Part shown: positions 46,327 to 56,650 of the stretch, one piece after another | How positions within the stretch are numbered: the stretch's first letter is position 1 | Layout of the letters: every line of letters begins with the position of its first letter | Source: an uncultured Fibrobacteria bacterium | GTDB lineage: Bacteria; Fibrobacterota; Fibrobacteria; UBA11236 | Direction: 5' to 3' | DNA: 64,000 nt | NCBI GenBank assembly: GCA_963716395.1 | Contig: OY970309.1 | Location: forward strand, 3,392,001-3,456,000 | The notes under the pieces: generated by a model | Database searches by the model: none | The model's input: the letters and a program-made list of their open reading frames with translations, nothing else | Told to the model about the DNA's origin: nothing | Translations under genes and position numbers: made by a program

Positions 46327-49300
46327 TCAGCCCCTGGCTTTCACTTCGCTCTGCATTTCCGCCAAAGCCCGCTTGTAATCCTTGGGCATGACCTTCACGA
46401 ACTTGGGCAGGGCCGCCTTCCAGGCCGAGAGGATTTCGTGGGCGCTGAGGCTGCCGGTGTATTCCGCATGGCGTTCGATGCTCTCCTTGAGTTCGATGGC
46501 TTCTTCGGCTTCGGAAACCTCTTCGAGATCGACCATTTCTGGATTCACCCGTCCCGCGTTGATTCCGTCGGGATCATAGAGATAGGCGACGCCGCCGCTC
46601 ATGCCGGCCGCGAAATTCCGGCCCACTTCGCCGAGCACCACCACCCGGCCGCCGGTCATGTATTCGCAGCCGTGGTCGCCGCACGATTCGACCACCACTT
46701 CGACGCCCGAATTGCGCACGCAAAAGCGTTCGCCCGCCTTGCCGCGCACATAGGCTTCGCCGCTGGTAGCGCCGTAGAAAGAAACGTTGCCGACGATCAC
46801 GTTTTCGCGCGCCACGAAACGCGATTCCTTGGGCGGATAGAGAATGACCTTGGCGCCGGAAAGGCCCTTGCAGAAATAATCGTTGGCTTCGCCTTCGAGT
46901 TCGAACGTGACCCCGTGCACGCCGAAGGCGCAAAAGCTCTGGCCTGCGGAGCCGTTGAACTTGAACGCGACGGTATCTTCGGGCAATCCCGCTTCGCCGT
47001 ATCGGCGGGTGATGCGCGAGGATAAAATGGTGCCCACGGTGCGGTGGACGTTGCGGATGGCGAAGGTGGCGCGCACCGGCGTGCCCGTTTCGATCGCCGG
47101 CTGTGCCGCTGTGAGCAAGTCCCAATCCAGGGCCTTTTCCAGGCCGTGATCCTGGCGCTCGCAGCAATAGGTTCCGCCCACCTGGTCGCCGGCCATGCTG
47201 TGCAGAATCGGGTGCAGATCGAGGTGCTTCGCCTTCCAATGCTTGACTTCGCGGCGGGGTGCGAGTTTGTCGACCCGCCCCACCATTTCGTTCACGGTGC
47301 GGAAACCCAGGAGCGCCATGTATTCGCGAAAATCCTGGGCCAGAAAGCGGAAGAAGTTGACCACGTGATCGGCTTCGCCCGTGAACAGCTTGCGCAATTC
47401 CGGGTCCTGCGTGGCCACGCCCACCGGGCAGGTGTTGAGATGGCACTTGCGCATCATGATGCAGCCCAGGGCGATGAGCGCGCCCGTGGCCACGCCCCAT
47501 TCCTCGGCGCCCAGCAAGGTGGCGATGGCGATGTCGCGGCCCGTGCGCAGCATGCCGTCGGTTTGCAGCACCACGCGCGAGCGCAAATGGTTTTTCATCA
47601 GCACCTGATGGGCTTCGGAAAGCCCCAATTCCCAGGGCAGGCCGGCATGTTTGATCGAGGTCAGCGGCGACGCGCCGGTGCCGCCGTCATGGCCCGAGAT
47701 GAGGATCACATCGCTATGCGCCTTGGCCACTCCCGCGGCCACCGTGCCCACGCCCACCTCGGCCACCAATTTGACGCTGATACGCGCCTGGTCGTTGGCG
47801 TTCTTGAGATCGTAGATGAGTTGGGCCAAATCCTCGATGGAATAGATGTCGTGATGCGGCGGCGGCGAAATCAGGCCCACCCCGGGCGTGCTGTGCCGCA
47901 CCTTGGCGATGAACTTGTCGATTTTCCAGCCGGGCAGTTGTCCGCCTTCGCCGGGCTTGGCGCCCTGCGCCATCTTGATCTGCAATTCATCGGCGTTGAC
48001 CAGGTAATTGCTGGTGACGCCGAAGCGTCCCGAGGCCACCTGCTTGATGCTCGAACGCATACTGTCGCCGTTGGGCAACGGCCGGAAGCGCAGCGCATCT
48101 TCGCCGCCTTCGCCGGTGTTGCTGCGTCCGCCCAGGCGGTTCATGGCGATGGCCAAGGTGGTATGCGCCTCCCAACTGATGGAGCCGAACGACATGGCGC
48201 CGCTGGCGAAGCGCTTCACGATGGATTCCACCGGCTCCACGTATTCGATGGGAATGGGGCTGGCATGCGCGAATTCGAACAGGCCGCGGATGGTGAGCAG
48301 ATTGTGGCTTTGATCATCGATATGCTTGGCGTACTCTTTGAACAGCTTGTAATTGCCCGTGCGCACGGCATGCTGCAATTTATGCACCACGTCGGGCGTG
48401 AGCATGTGCCGTTCGCCGCGCTGCCGCCACTGGTATTGGCCGCCCACTTCGAGATCCACCGGCTCCTCTTCTTTTTCCGGAAAGGCGAAACGGTGGCGCA
48501 TCAGGGTTTCCTCTTCCAAGGTGGCGAGATCGATGCCACCGAGACGCGAAACCGTGCCGCTGAAATACTCGTCGATGAGTTCGCGCCCCAAGCCCACGGC
48601 TTCGAAGATCTGCGAGCCGGTATAGGAGCGGATGGTGGAAATGCCCATTTTGGAAATGACCTTGAGCAGGCCTTTGTTCACGGCATGGATGAAATGCTGT
48701 TGCGCCTTTTCCGGCGTCAGTCCGTCGCGCAGCATGCGCCGCCGGCGCATGTCTTCGATGGTTTCGAAGGCGACGTAGGGGTTCACCGATCCCGCGCCAT
48801 AGCCGAGCAAGAGGGCGAAGTGATGCACCTCGCGCGCCTCGCCGGTTTCGATGACGATGCCGCATTGCGCGCGCATGCCTTCGCGGATGAGATGGTGGTG
48901 CACGGCCGACACCGCCAGCAGCGAAGGAATGGCGGCGTGATCGCTATCCACGGGTTTGTCGGAAAGCACGATGACGTTGTAGCCTTCCTGCACGGCCTCG
49001 CTGGCCTGGCGCCGGATGCGCTCCAGCGCTTTTTCCAGGCGGCCTTCGCCGCCCACGGCCTTGAACACGATGGGGATGGTGCGCGCCTGAAAATGGTGCT
49101 TGTCGACCCAACGCAGCCGCTCCAAATCGTCGTTGGTCAGAATGGGATGCGGCAATTCGATCACCCGGCAATGGCGCTCGGTCTCCTCCAGCAAATTGTC
49201 TTCTTTGCCCGCGAAGGTGGTCAGCGACATCACCATTTCCTCGCGGTCTTTATCGATGGGGGGATTGGTGACCTGGGCGAAGAGTTGGTGGAAATAGTCG

Positions 49301-50856
49301 AAGAGGTTGCGGCTCTTATCCGATAGCACGGGCAGCGCGGCGTCGTTGCCCATGGACCCCAAGGCTTCCACGCCCGCATTCACCATGGGCGACATGAGGA
49401 TTTTCAAATCCTCCAAGGTGTAACCGAACAGTTTCTGCCGCTTGAGCACGGTTTCGGTGGAGGGCTGTTTGATTTCGCGCGGCGGCGTCAGGCTGGCCAA
49501 ATCGATTTTGCCCAGACGCAGCCATTCGCCGTAGGGCTTTTGCGCGGCCACGCGCTGTTTGATTTCTTCGTCGGGAATGATGCGGCCTTCGGCCAGGCTG
49601 ACCACGAACATGCGGCCGGGTTGGAGACGCCCTTTCATCTTGATTTTCTCGGGCGGAAATTGCAGTACGCCGGCCTCCGAAGCCATGACCAGCAAATCGT
49701 CATCGGTGAGTTGGTAGCGCGAAGGCCGCAGGCCGTTGCGGTCCAAGGTGGCGCCGATGATATTGCCGTCGGTAAACGCCACCGAAGCCGGGCCGTCCCA
49801 GGGCTCCATGATGGCGGCGTGGTATTCGTAGAAGGCGCGTTTTTCCGGCGGCATATCCGGATCTTTTTCCCAGGCTTCGGGAATGAGCATCATCATGACA
49901 TGCGGCAGAGAACGGCCGCCCATGACGAGCAATTCGATGACGTTGTCGAGCTTGGCCGAATCCGATCCGGTTTCATCGATGATGGGCAACAGTTTTTTGA
50001 TCTCATCGTCGGTGAAGAGATGCGATTTGAGCAGGGCCTCGCGCGCGCGCATCCAGTTCTCGTTGCCGCGCAACGTGTTGATCTCGCCGTTGTGGGCGAT
50101 GTAGCGAAACGGGTGGGCCAGCGGCCAGGTGGGAAAGGTGTTGGTGGAAAAGCGGCTGTGCACCAGGGCCAGCGCGGTTTCATAGGCTTCGTCGCGCAAA
50201 TCGGCGAAGTAGTCGAGCACCTGGCTCGAAATGAACAGGCCCTTGTACACGATGGTGCGGCACGACAGCGAACCCACGTAGAACATGTGGCGATCGGCAT
50301 GATCGCTTTCGCGGATCACGCGCTCGGCGTATTTGCGAATCACATACAGCTTGCGTTCGAAGGCGTCGGCGTCGGCCGCGTTCTTGCCGCGCCGGAGAAA
50401 CACCTGGTAATGCGCCGGCTCCGAGCGCAGCACCGAAGCGGCCAAGCCGAAATTTTCGGTGGGCACCCTCCGCCAACCCAAAACTTTTTGACCGCTGTCC
50501 GCCGCGCAACGGGTGAATATTTTCTGCATTTCCCGGAGGGTTTTTTCTTCGCGGGACATGAATATTTGCCCCACGCCATATTCGCCCGGATGCGGCAGCG
50601 CAAAACCCAATTCCGCGCATTTCTTCAAAAAGAAGCCGTGAGGAATCTGGGTCAGAATACCGGCGCCGTCGCCCGCGTTTTTTTCAGCACCGCAAGCGCC
50701 GCGATGCTCGAGGTTGACCAACAGTTCGATCCCCTTGGCTACGATTTCATGCGATTTTTCGCCTTTGATGTTGACGACAAACCCCACGCCGCAGGCATCA
50801 TGTTCATAGCGCGGGTCGTACAACCCTTCGGGTTCGGGAATTCCGTTCACAGGCAT
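46327..50856 (-). CDS. gltB: Glutamate synthase large subunit
   Basis: EHDACGVGF, HSRFSTNTFP, AHNGEINT, KMAQGAKPGEGGQLPG, CIMMRKCHLNTCPVG. Confidence 0.98.
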   Translation of the reverse strand: MPVNGIPEPEGLYDPRYEHDACGVGFVVNIKGEKSHEIVAKGIELLVNLEHRGACGAEKNAGDGAGILTQIPHGFFLKKCAELGFALPHPGEYGVGQIFMSREEKTLREMQKIFTRCAADSGQKVLGWRRVPTENFGLAASVLRSEPAHYQVFLRRGKNAADADAFERKLYVIRKYAERVIRESDHADRHMFYVGSLSCRTIVYKGLFISSQVLDYFADLRDEAYETALALVHSRFSTNTFPTWPLAHPFRYIAHNGEINTLRGNENWMRAREALLKSHLFTDDEIKKLLPIIDETGSDSAKLDNVIELLVMGGRSLPHVMMMLIPEAWEKDPDMPPEKRAFYEYHAAIMEPWDGPASVAFTDGNIIGATLDRNGLRPSRYQLTDDDLLVMASEAGVLQFPPEKIKMKGRLQPGRMFVVSLAEGRIIPDEEIKQRVAAQKPYGEWLRLGKIDLASLTPPREIKQPSTETVLKRQKLFGYTLEDLKILMSPMVNAGVEALGSMGNDAALPVLSDKSRNLFDYFHQLFAQVTNPPIDKDREEMVMSLTTFAGKEDNLLEETERHCRVIELPHPILTNDDLERLRWVDKHHFQARTIPIVFKAVGGEGRLEKALERIRRQASEAVQEGYNVIVLSDKPVDSDHAAIPSLLAVSAVHHHLIREGMRAQCGIVIETGEAREVHHFALLLGYGAGSVNPYVAFETIEDMRRRRMLRDGLTPEKAQQHFIHAVNKGLLKVISKMGISTIRSYTGSQIFEAVGLGRELIDEYFSGTVSRLGGIDLATLEEETLMRHRFAFPEKEEEPVDLEVGGQYQWRQRGERHMLTPDVVHKLQHAVRTGNYKLFKEYAKHIDDQSHNLLTIRGLFEFAHASPIPIEYVEPVESIVKRFASGAMSFGSISWEAHTTLAIAMNRLGGRSNTGEGGEDALRFRPLPNGDSMRSSIKQVASGRFGVTSNYLVNADELQIKMAQGAKPGEGGQLPGWKIDKFIAKVRHSTPGVGLISPPPHHDIYSIEDLAQLIYDLKNANDQARISVKLVAEVGVGTVAAGVAKAHSDVILISGHDGGTGASPLTSIKHAGLPWELGLSEAHQVLMKNHLRSRVVLQTDGMLRTGRDIAIATLLGAEEWGVATGALIALGCIMMRKCHLNTCPVGVATQDPELRKLFTGEADHVVNFFRFLAQDFREYMALLGFRTVNEMVGRVDKLAPRREVKHWKAKHLDLHPILHSMAGDQVGGTYCCERQDHGLEKALDWDLLTAAQPAIETGTPVRATFAIRNVHRTVGTILSSRITRRYGEAGLPEDTVAFKFNGSAGQSFCAFGVHGVTFELEGEANDYFCKGLSGAKVILYPPKESRFVARENVIVGNVSFYGATSGEAYVRGKAGERFCVRNSGVEVVVESCGDHGCEYMTGGRVVVLGEVGRNFAAGMSGGVAYLYDPDGINAGRVNPEMVDLEEVSEAEEAIELKESIERHAEYTGSLSAHEILSAWKAALPKFVKVMPKDYKRALAEMQSEVKARG

Positions 50857-50912
50857 GGCAAGACCTCAATGTCGGCGTGATGGAAGCGCCAGGCGGCTTA
50901 AAAGTAAATAAC

Positions 50913-52154
50913 TCAATTCGGGCTGAAGGCCGGCCATACAAGGCGCCCGCGCAGATCGCGGCTGCCCTGCGGGCTCCACAGCGACGGATCGGCCTGCAAA
51001 AGGCGCAGGCGAAAATCGGCCGGGGGGCGTCGAATCGAGATCGCGGGCGCCAGGGCCGTGGTCTGCGTGGCGCCCAGTGTCAACAAGGCTTGGCCGGTTT
51101 TCTGATTGACATAGCAGAGCTTCACCCAATCGGCGCTGCGCGTCACGTTTTCGATGCGCACTTCGTCCAGCATGCCGGAGAAGTAACGGCTGACATTGTT
51201 ACTGGCATCGGACCAGGCCCCCATCACCCAGCGGCCCGGGGAAGGCAAGGCTCCGGTGGTGTCGGCGCGGGAACTGTCGACCGCGTTGCGGTACAAATGC
51301 CAGCGCGTCCCATCATAAGCGCCGACGAGATAAACCCATTGGGCGCTGTCGGCTTCGGTATAAGTGTAGCCGGCGAAGTGATCGGTCCCGTCATAGGAAG
51401 TCACATGGTATTGGGTGTTCAAAAGACGGAAGGAAGTTTCTGAATTTCCGCTCGCAGGCGAAACGTGAGTCAGGATGTGGCGGTGCTGTTGAGCTCCGCT
51501 CGATCCGCCGTTCAGCCAGCGCACCCAGGCCGACAGGGTGATGCGTCCCGAAATATTCAGGCTGGACGAAGTTCCCAAGTCCAAGTATTGGCTGGTGCCG
51601 TTGAAACTTCGCCCCGATCCGATGCATCCCGTGGCATTCGTGGTTCCGGTATTGACGGCAGTGTTCCCATCAACCGTGGCGTCGCCCAGGGCATTGTTGA
51701 GATGCCAGACGCCTTTGAATCCGTTGGCGGTGTCGAACACTCCGGCGCCGTCGGAGCTGTCGGCGGCCTGGGGATTGTTCCAATACATCCGCAGGCTTTG
51801 TGTGCTGCTGTTCCCCAGCAACGTGTCGACCAAAACCCAGATCTCGGCCTCTTGATTGGTCTTGTCCCAGTTTTCGACCTGATAGCGGAGATGGGTTCCG
51901 TCCGGTTTGGCAAAGCGGATGTCGGCGCCGGTGGCGAGCGCCGTTGCGAAGACATCCGCCTGATCGGCGCCGAGTCGCACCAGCAATGGAAAGTCAACTT
52001 GATTCGCCGCGATATCGGCCCCCGTGGCCGTGGTGTTCAAGGTGATGGCTTTATACGACGCCCAATTCAGGGCATAATTTTCCTGGGAAAAAACCGCGAC
52101 CGCGCCGAGGAGTAGCGCCGGACCCAGGCGTGAAAGGCAACCGTGATTTTTCAT
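50913..52154 (-). CDS. Exported DUF2341 + LamG/concanavalin-like domain protein
   Basis: Signal peptide; DFPLLVRL, GADIRF, YQVENWD, EIWV, GVWHLN; LamG-like ITLSAWV..WVYLVGAYDG..FSGMLDEVRI. Confidence 0.82.
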   Translation of the reverse strand: MKNHGCLSRLGPALLLGAVAVFSQENYALNWASYKAITLNTTATGADIAANQVDFPLLVRLGADQADVFATALATGADIRFAKPDGTHLRYQVENWDKTNQEAEIWVLVDTLLGNSSTQSLRMYWNNPQAADSSDGAGVFDTANGFKGVWHLNNALGDATVDGNTAVNTGTTNATGCIGSGRSFNGTSQYLDLGTSSSLNISGRITLSAWVRWLNGGSSGAQQHRHILTHVSPASGNSETSFRLLNTQYHVTSYDGTDHFAGYTYTEADSAQWVYLVGAYDGTRWHLYRNAVDSSRADTTGALPSPGRWVMGAWSDASNNVSRYFSGMLDEVRIENVTRSADWVKLCYVNQKTGQALLTLGATQTTALAPAISIRRPPADFRLRLLQADPSLWSPQGSRDLRGRLVWPAFSPN

Positions 52155-52190
52155 GCTCACCCCAACGCATGCGAAGGTTTGAAGGGAAAA

Positions 52191-52826
52191 TTAAAACGAA
52201 GCGAGAAACCGTTTGAAGCGATCGGCGTCTCCGAACCAGCTTTCTTCAGGGCCGAGCAAAAGCTTTTTCACGTTGAGTTCGAACACTTCCCATGCGCCTA
52301 ATTCCACTTCCCGTTCCAATTGGCCGGCGGCCCAGCCCGAATAGCCCAAAAACAGGCGTACGTATTTCGGATCGCGTTGCAAAATGTCTTCCAACGCATT
52401 CCACGCGCCGCCCAAATGCACGTCGGGGGCCACCGACAACGCGCCGGGCGCCGCCGGAGAGCCGATGTGCAAGACCTGCATTTCCGTCGGCTGCACCGGG
52501 CCGCCGACATAGACGCGGCGATTCTTTTCCAAAGACGACGCCCCCTCGGGGGGCGCATCGAAGATTTCGGAAAGCGGCATGTGCGCGGTGCGGTTCAAGA
52601 CCAGGCCATAAGCTCCGGCCTCTCCGTATTGGCACAGCAATACCACCGCCGAATTGAAATTAGGATCTTGCAATTCGTCGCGGGCCACCAGGATGGCTCC
52701 CGGGGCCAGACGCCTTTTGTGCGCTTCGGCGTCAAAACCAGCTTCCGCTTCGTCGCCCAAAGCCATGTGCCGAATATAAGAATTTTGATTTTGCGGTTTT
52801 TCATCTATCCGCGGTGTTTCAAGCAT
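52191..52826 (-). CDS. YqgE/AlgH family protein
   Basis: LQDPNFNSAVVLLC, GLVLNR, VYVGGPV, LFLGYSGWAAGQLEREV. Start may be 52766. Confidence 0.92.
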   Translation of the reverse strand: MLETPRIDEKPQNQNSYIRHMALGDEAEAGFDAEAHKRRLAPGAILVARDELQDPNFNSAVVLLCQYGEAGAYGLVLNRTAHMPLSEIFDAPPEGASSLEKNRRVYVGGPVQPTEMQVLHIGSPAAPGALSVAPDVHLGGAWNALEDILQRDPKYVRLFLGYSGWAAGQLEREVELGAWEVFELNVKKLLLGPEESWFGDADRFKRFLASF

Positions 52827-52894
52827 AAATCCCAGACTGAAACTTAAAGCTTCCCGTCAAGACGCCGATATCTCCCAGTGGAGGAGGCGCGACT

Positions 52895-53410
52895 ATGCAA
52901 TCCGCACTGCAAGGAAAAACTCTGTTGACCACGAATCCCGGGTCGCGCGTACGCCGGGAGATAAGGACCTGCAAACACCCGGGCTGCGGGAAAAAATTCG
53001 AAGGTTCGCCCACCTCGTTGTATTGCCTCGACCACCGTACCCGAAAAAGCCGCACGGAGCGGTTTATCCCCAAGGTGGCGCCCGAACCGGCCACTAACAA
53101 TCTGACACTTACGCCGCAAACCCAAAAACCCGAAACCTATTCGCTGGCTTGCTCGCTGCCGGGCTGCGGGCGAATCTATACGTTCACTTTATATCCGGAT
53201 CACACCGTGTACCCGATGTATTGTGAGGAGCATCGCAGCGAACACAAACGCCGGCATTTTCTGCAAATGGCGGAAAAAGGCAAACGTCCGAATTTCCAGC
53301 AAACGCATTGGGAAAAATGGAGCGATTACGAAGTGGATTTCGAGGCCTACGCCATCGAACAGCCCGTGTTGTCGCCGTTCGGCCGCGAACGGGGCGATTC
53401 CGCCCATTGA
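52895..53410 (+). CDS. Hypothetical protein with two CxxPGC...CxxH putative zinc fingers
   Basis: Strong GGAGG RBS; CKHPGC..YCLDHR and CSLPGC..YCEEHR. Confidence 0.75.
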   Translation: MQSALQGKTLLTTNPGSRVRREIRTCKHPGCGKKFEGSPTSLYCLDHRTRKSRTERFIPKVAPEPATNNLTLTPQTQKPETYSLACSLPGCGRIYTFTLYPDHTVYPMYCEEHRSEHKRRHFLQMAEKGKRPNFQQTHWEKWSDYEVDFEAYAIEQPVLSPFGRERGDSAH

Positions 53411-53729
53411 ACCTCCCAAATATCGCCCATTTCTAATTTCAGCCATTGCGATTTCGGGTTTAACCCGTGAAAGCGATCACCTCGCTTACCGCTCCCCGCG
53501 TTTAAATTTTCAGGCGTCCGGGGAAGGTGATAAGCCGGCTTTTCCCCCACTCTGCGGACATTGAGCGCTTTGCCTCCAGAAAGGCAAGGAGTTGTAGTCT
53601 CAACTATTTGGCAATTTTCTCAATCTGGTAAGAAAAAAATTACCTTTCGTTGATAATTGCGAGAGGGACCGTTTGCCGGGGACAAGGGCCTGCGCAATGA
53701 AACACATCCAACCAGTTGGAATTCACAGC

Positions 53730-55238
53730 ATGTTGACTCCAATAGCTCTATATCTGTTATTCGGTTTATATGCCATTGCCTCGATTGGCTTATTCACTTA
53801 CGGCATCAATTGCTATTGGCTGCTGGCGATCTTCCTGAGCAGGCGCCGCCGCGAAGTGGTTTATGATCGCCGTCGCCTGCGGCGTTTCTACGCCCAAGGC
53901 GGAACCGATTCCCTGCCGGTGGTGACCACGCAATTGCCGGTGTTCAACGAAGCCAATGTGATCGAGCGTCTGATCCGTTCCGTGTGCGCCATGGAATACC
54001 CCCCCGGCAAACACGAAATCCAGGTGCTCGACGACTCCATCGATGGCTCCGAAGCCACGGCGGCGCGCTTGGTCGAAGAAATGCGCGCGCAAGGGCATGA
54101 CATCGTGCTCATCCACCGCACCCACCGCCGCGATTATAAAGCCGGCGCCCTGAATGAAGGCATGGACGCCGCGCGCGGACAATTCCTGGCCATCTTCGAT
54201 GCCGACTTCGTACCGCCCACGGATTATCTGCTGCGCACCGTGCCGTTTCTGTGCATGGATGAAAAAGTGGGTCTGGTGCAGGCGCGCTGGGGACATCTGA
54301 ACTCGCAGGAATCATCCCTGACCTTGGCCCAGAGCATCGGCATCGACGGGCATTTCGTCATCGAACAATCGGCGCGTTCCTGGGGACGCCTGTTCATGAA
54401 CTTCAACGGTACGGCCGGGGTGTGGCGCAAGACGGCCATCGAAACTTCGGGAGGCTGGGAGGGCGATACCCTGACCGAGGACATGGATCTCTCCTACCGT
54501 GCGCAACTGCAGGGTTGGAAAATGAAATTCGCCTACGATGTGGTGGTCCCGGCCGAATTGCCTTCGGACATCAACGCCTTCAAGTCCCAGCAATTTCGCT
54601 GGGCCAAAGGATCCATTCAAACCGCCATCAAACTTTTGCCGAAGGTCTTGAAATCAAAAGAAAGGTGGCCGGTAAAATTACAGAGCATTTTGCATACCAC
54701 CCATTATCTGATTCACCCCTTGATGCTCCTCACAGCCCTTCTGGCACTCCCGCTATTGTATTGGTTTCCCTTCAAGGTCAGTACCGGCGCCTTCGCCGCA
54801 CTATGCATGTTGATCGTGATTTCTTCGTTGGCTCCCACTATCCTTTACCTCGTAGCGCAACGAGTCTCCCGCAAAAACTGGAAGATGCGCATCCTGTCGC
54901 TGCCCACCTTGATGGCCTTGGGAGTGGGCGTGGCATTCAACAACACCCGGGCCGTGTTTTCGGCCCTGACCGGACAAAAAGGCACCTTCGTGCGCACACC
55001 CAAATCCGGAGACAAAACGGTGTTCGTCTACCGCTCCAAATTCCCCGTCACCGCAGCCATCGAATTGGCGCTGGCGATTTATTGTTTCACGGGTTTCCTC
55101 CACTATACCTCGGCGCAAAAATATCTCGTGGGGCCTTTTCTCGGATTGTATGCCGTGGGGTTTCTGGTGGTAGGTTGCATGTCGCTGATGCATTACCTGC
55201 GCAAACAATCGCTGATTCGCTCGCTGCGCGCCACCTGA
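53730..55238 (+). CDS. Processive GT2 glycosyltransferase (cellulose-synthase-like, CslA-type motifs)
   Basis: QLPVFNE, IQVLDDS, YKAGAL, IFDADF, VQARWGHLN, FNGTAGVWR, TEDMD, QQFRWAKG, FVRTPK; multiple TMs. Confidence 0.92.
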   Translation: MLTPIALYLLFGLYAIASIGLFTYGINCYWLLAIFLSRRRREVVYDRRRLRRFYAQGGTDSLPVVTTQLPVFNEANVIERLIRSVCAMEYPPGKHEIQVLDDSIDGSEATAARLVEEMRAQGHDIVLIHRTHRRDYKAGALNEGMDAARGQFLAIFDADFVPPTDYLLRTVPFLCMDEKVGLVQARWGHLNSQESSLTLAQSIGIDGHFVIEQSARSWGRLFMNFNGTAGVWRKTAIETSGGWEGDTLTEDMDLSYRAQLQGWKMKFAYDVVVPAELPSDINAFKSQQFRWAKGSIQTAIKLLPKVLKSKERWPVKLQSILHTTHYLIHPLMLLTALLALPLLYWFPFKVSTGAFAALCMLIVISSLAPTILYLVAQRVSRKNWKMRILSLPTLMALGVGVAFNNTRAVFSALTGQKGTFVRTPKSGDKTVFVYRSKFPVTAAIELALAIYCFTGFLHYTSAQKYLVGPFLGLYAVGFLVVGCMSLMHYLRKQSLIRSLRAT

Positions 55239-55302
55239 ACCTTGGTTCGGAATGCCGCGCGCGGCTCCGACCCGGGCTCGGTGATAACGTTTGATTTCCC
55301 CC

Positions 55303-56622
55303 ATGCCGTTTCTCTACTATCCTCTCGAATTGGAATTGCGCGGCCGCTCCGTGCTGCTGGTCGGGGGCGGAAAAGTGGCCGCGCGCAAATTGCCCGAACT
55401 CCTGGCCTGCGGCGCTTCGATCACTATGGTGGCTCCCGTGCTCACCCCGGCTGCGCGCCGGTTGCTGCCCTCCCTGGATTGGCAGCGGCGCGAATTCCGT
55501 GCGCAGGACGTGGAAGGCCGCCACTTGGTATTCGCCTGCACCGATCGGCCCGCCGTTAACGCCGCCGTGGCTAAAGCCTGCCGGGCACGCGGCATTCCCT
55601 GCAACCGCGCCGACGCCGCGGATCGCGGCGACTTCATCGTACCCGGCGTGATACGACGCGGCGACGTTACCCTCGCGATCAGCACCGGCGGGCGCGCTCC
55701 CGGCGTGACCCGGCATCTCAAACGCAAATTGGGCGCCGTCGTGGGTCCGGAATGGGACGCCGTGGCAAACTGGGTCGCCTCGCTCCGGAAAAAATCCGGC
55801 CTTACGCAAGCGCTCCCCTATGATCGCCTGGCGGCCGCGGCGCGAGCCGGGGGCGAACTACCTGTTCGCGACGCGCCGGGGGTTAAAAACGTCCGCGGTG
55901 CGCGCAAACGTCCGCAGCCGCCCGTGATGCTGCTCGGCGCCGGCTTCGGAACCCGCTCCACCCTGACCCTGGAAGGCGCCGAAGCTTTGCGCGCCGCCGA
56001 AGTGGTCATTCACGATCGTTTGGTTTCCGACGATATTCTGGCCTTGATTCCCGATAGATGCCTGCGCCTGGCTGCCGAAAAACGCGGCCACTTCGAATCG
56101 CAGCGCCAGAGCCACATCAACGCGCTGATGTTGCGTCATGCTCGCGCCGGCCGGCGCGTGGTGCGCCTTAAGGGAGGCGACCCCTTCATCTTCGGACGGG
56201 GCTGGGAAGAAGTCTTGGCACTGGAAGCCGCGGGTATTCCCTGGCGAGTATTACCCGGGGTCAGCGCGGCCTCAGGCGTCCCGGCCGTGGCGGGAATTCC
56301 GTTGACGCATCGCGGCGTGGCCCGATCCTTTGCCGTGGCTTCGGGCATGGCTTACGAAGGAACCGTGAAGCGTTTTCCCAAAGCTGACACCTTGGTGTTG
56401 CTCATGGCGTTGTTCCGCTGGCCGGAAATCCTACCCGCCCTGCGGCGCGCGGGCTACAAACTTTCGACGCCAGCCGCGGCCATCGAACACGGCGGGCTTC
56501 CCGAACAGCGCGTATGCCGCAGCACCTTGGGCCGATTACATGCCGATACCGCGCATCTGGGTTTTGATTCGCCCACCTTGATCGTGATCGGCGAGGTGGT
56601 GGGCCTGGCAAAAAAAATCTGA
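55303..56622 (+). CDS. cysG: Siroheme synthase (precorrin-2 dehydrogenase/ferrochelatase fused to uroporphyrinogen-III C-methyltransferase)
   Basis: VGGGKVAARK, AISTGGRAP, then RLKGGDPFIFGRGWEE, PGVSA, GIPLTHRG. Confidence 0.9.
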   Translation: MPFLYYPLELELRGRSVLLVGGGKVAARKLPELLACGASITMVAPVLTPAARRLLPSLDWQRREFRAQDVEGRHLVFACTDRPAVNAAVAKACRARGIPCNRADAADRGDFIVPGVIRRGDVTLAISTGGRAPGVTRHLKRKLGAVVGPEWDAVANWVASLRKKSGLTQALPYDRLAAAARAGGELPVRDAPGVKNVRGARKRPQPPVMLLGAGFGTRSTLTLEGAEALRAAEVVIHDRLVSDDILALIPDRCLRLAAEKRGHFESQRQSHINALMLRHARAGRRVVRLKGGDPFIFGRGWEEVLALEAAGIPWRVLPGVSAASGVPAVAGIPLTHRGVARSFAVASGMAYEGTVKRFPKADTLVLLMALFRWPEILPALRRAGYKLSTPAAAIEHGGLPEQRVCRSTLGRLHADTAHLGFDSPTLIVIGEVVGLAKKI

Positions 56623-56650
56623 ACGGGCTGATCAGCCGAATCCTGATTTA

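Noticed and set aside
53440-53620. c-di-GMP riboswitch or sigma-54 promoter upstream of the GT2 synthase
   Set aside because: The GEMM consensus elements are not matched, and the GG..GC spacing does not fit the -24/-12 consensus.
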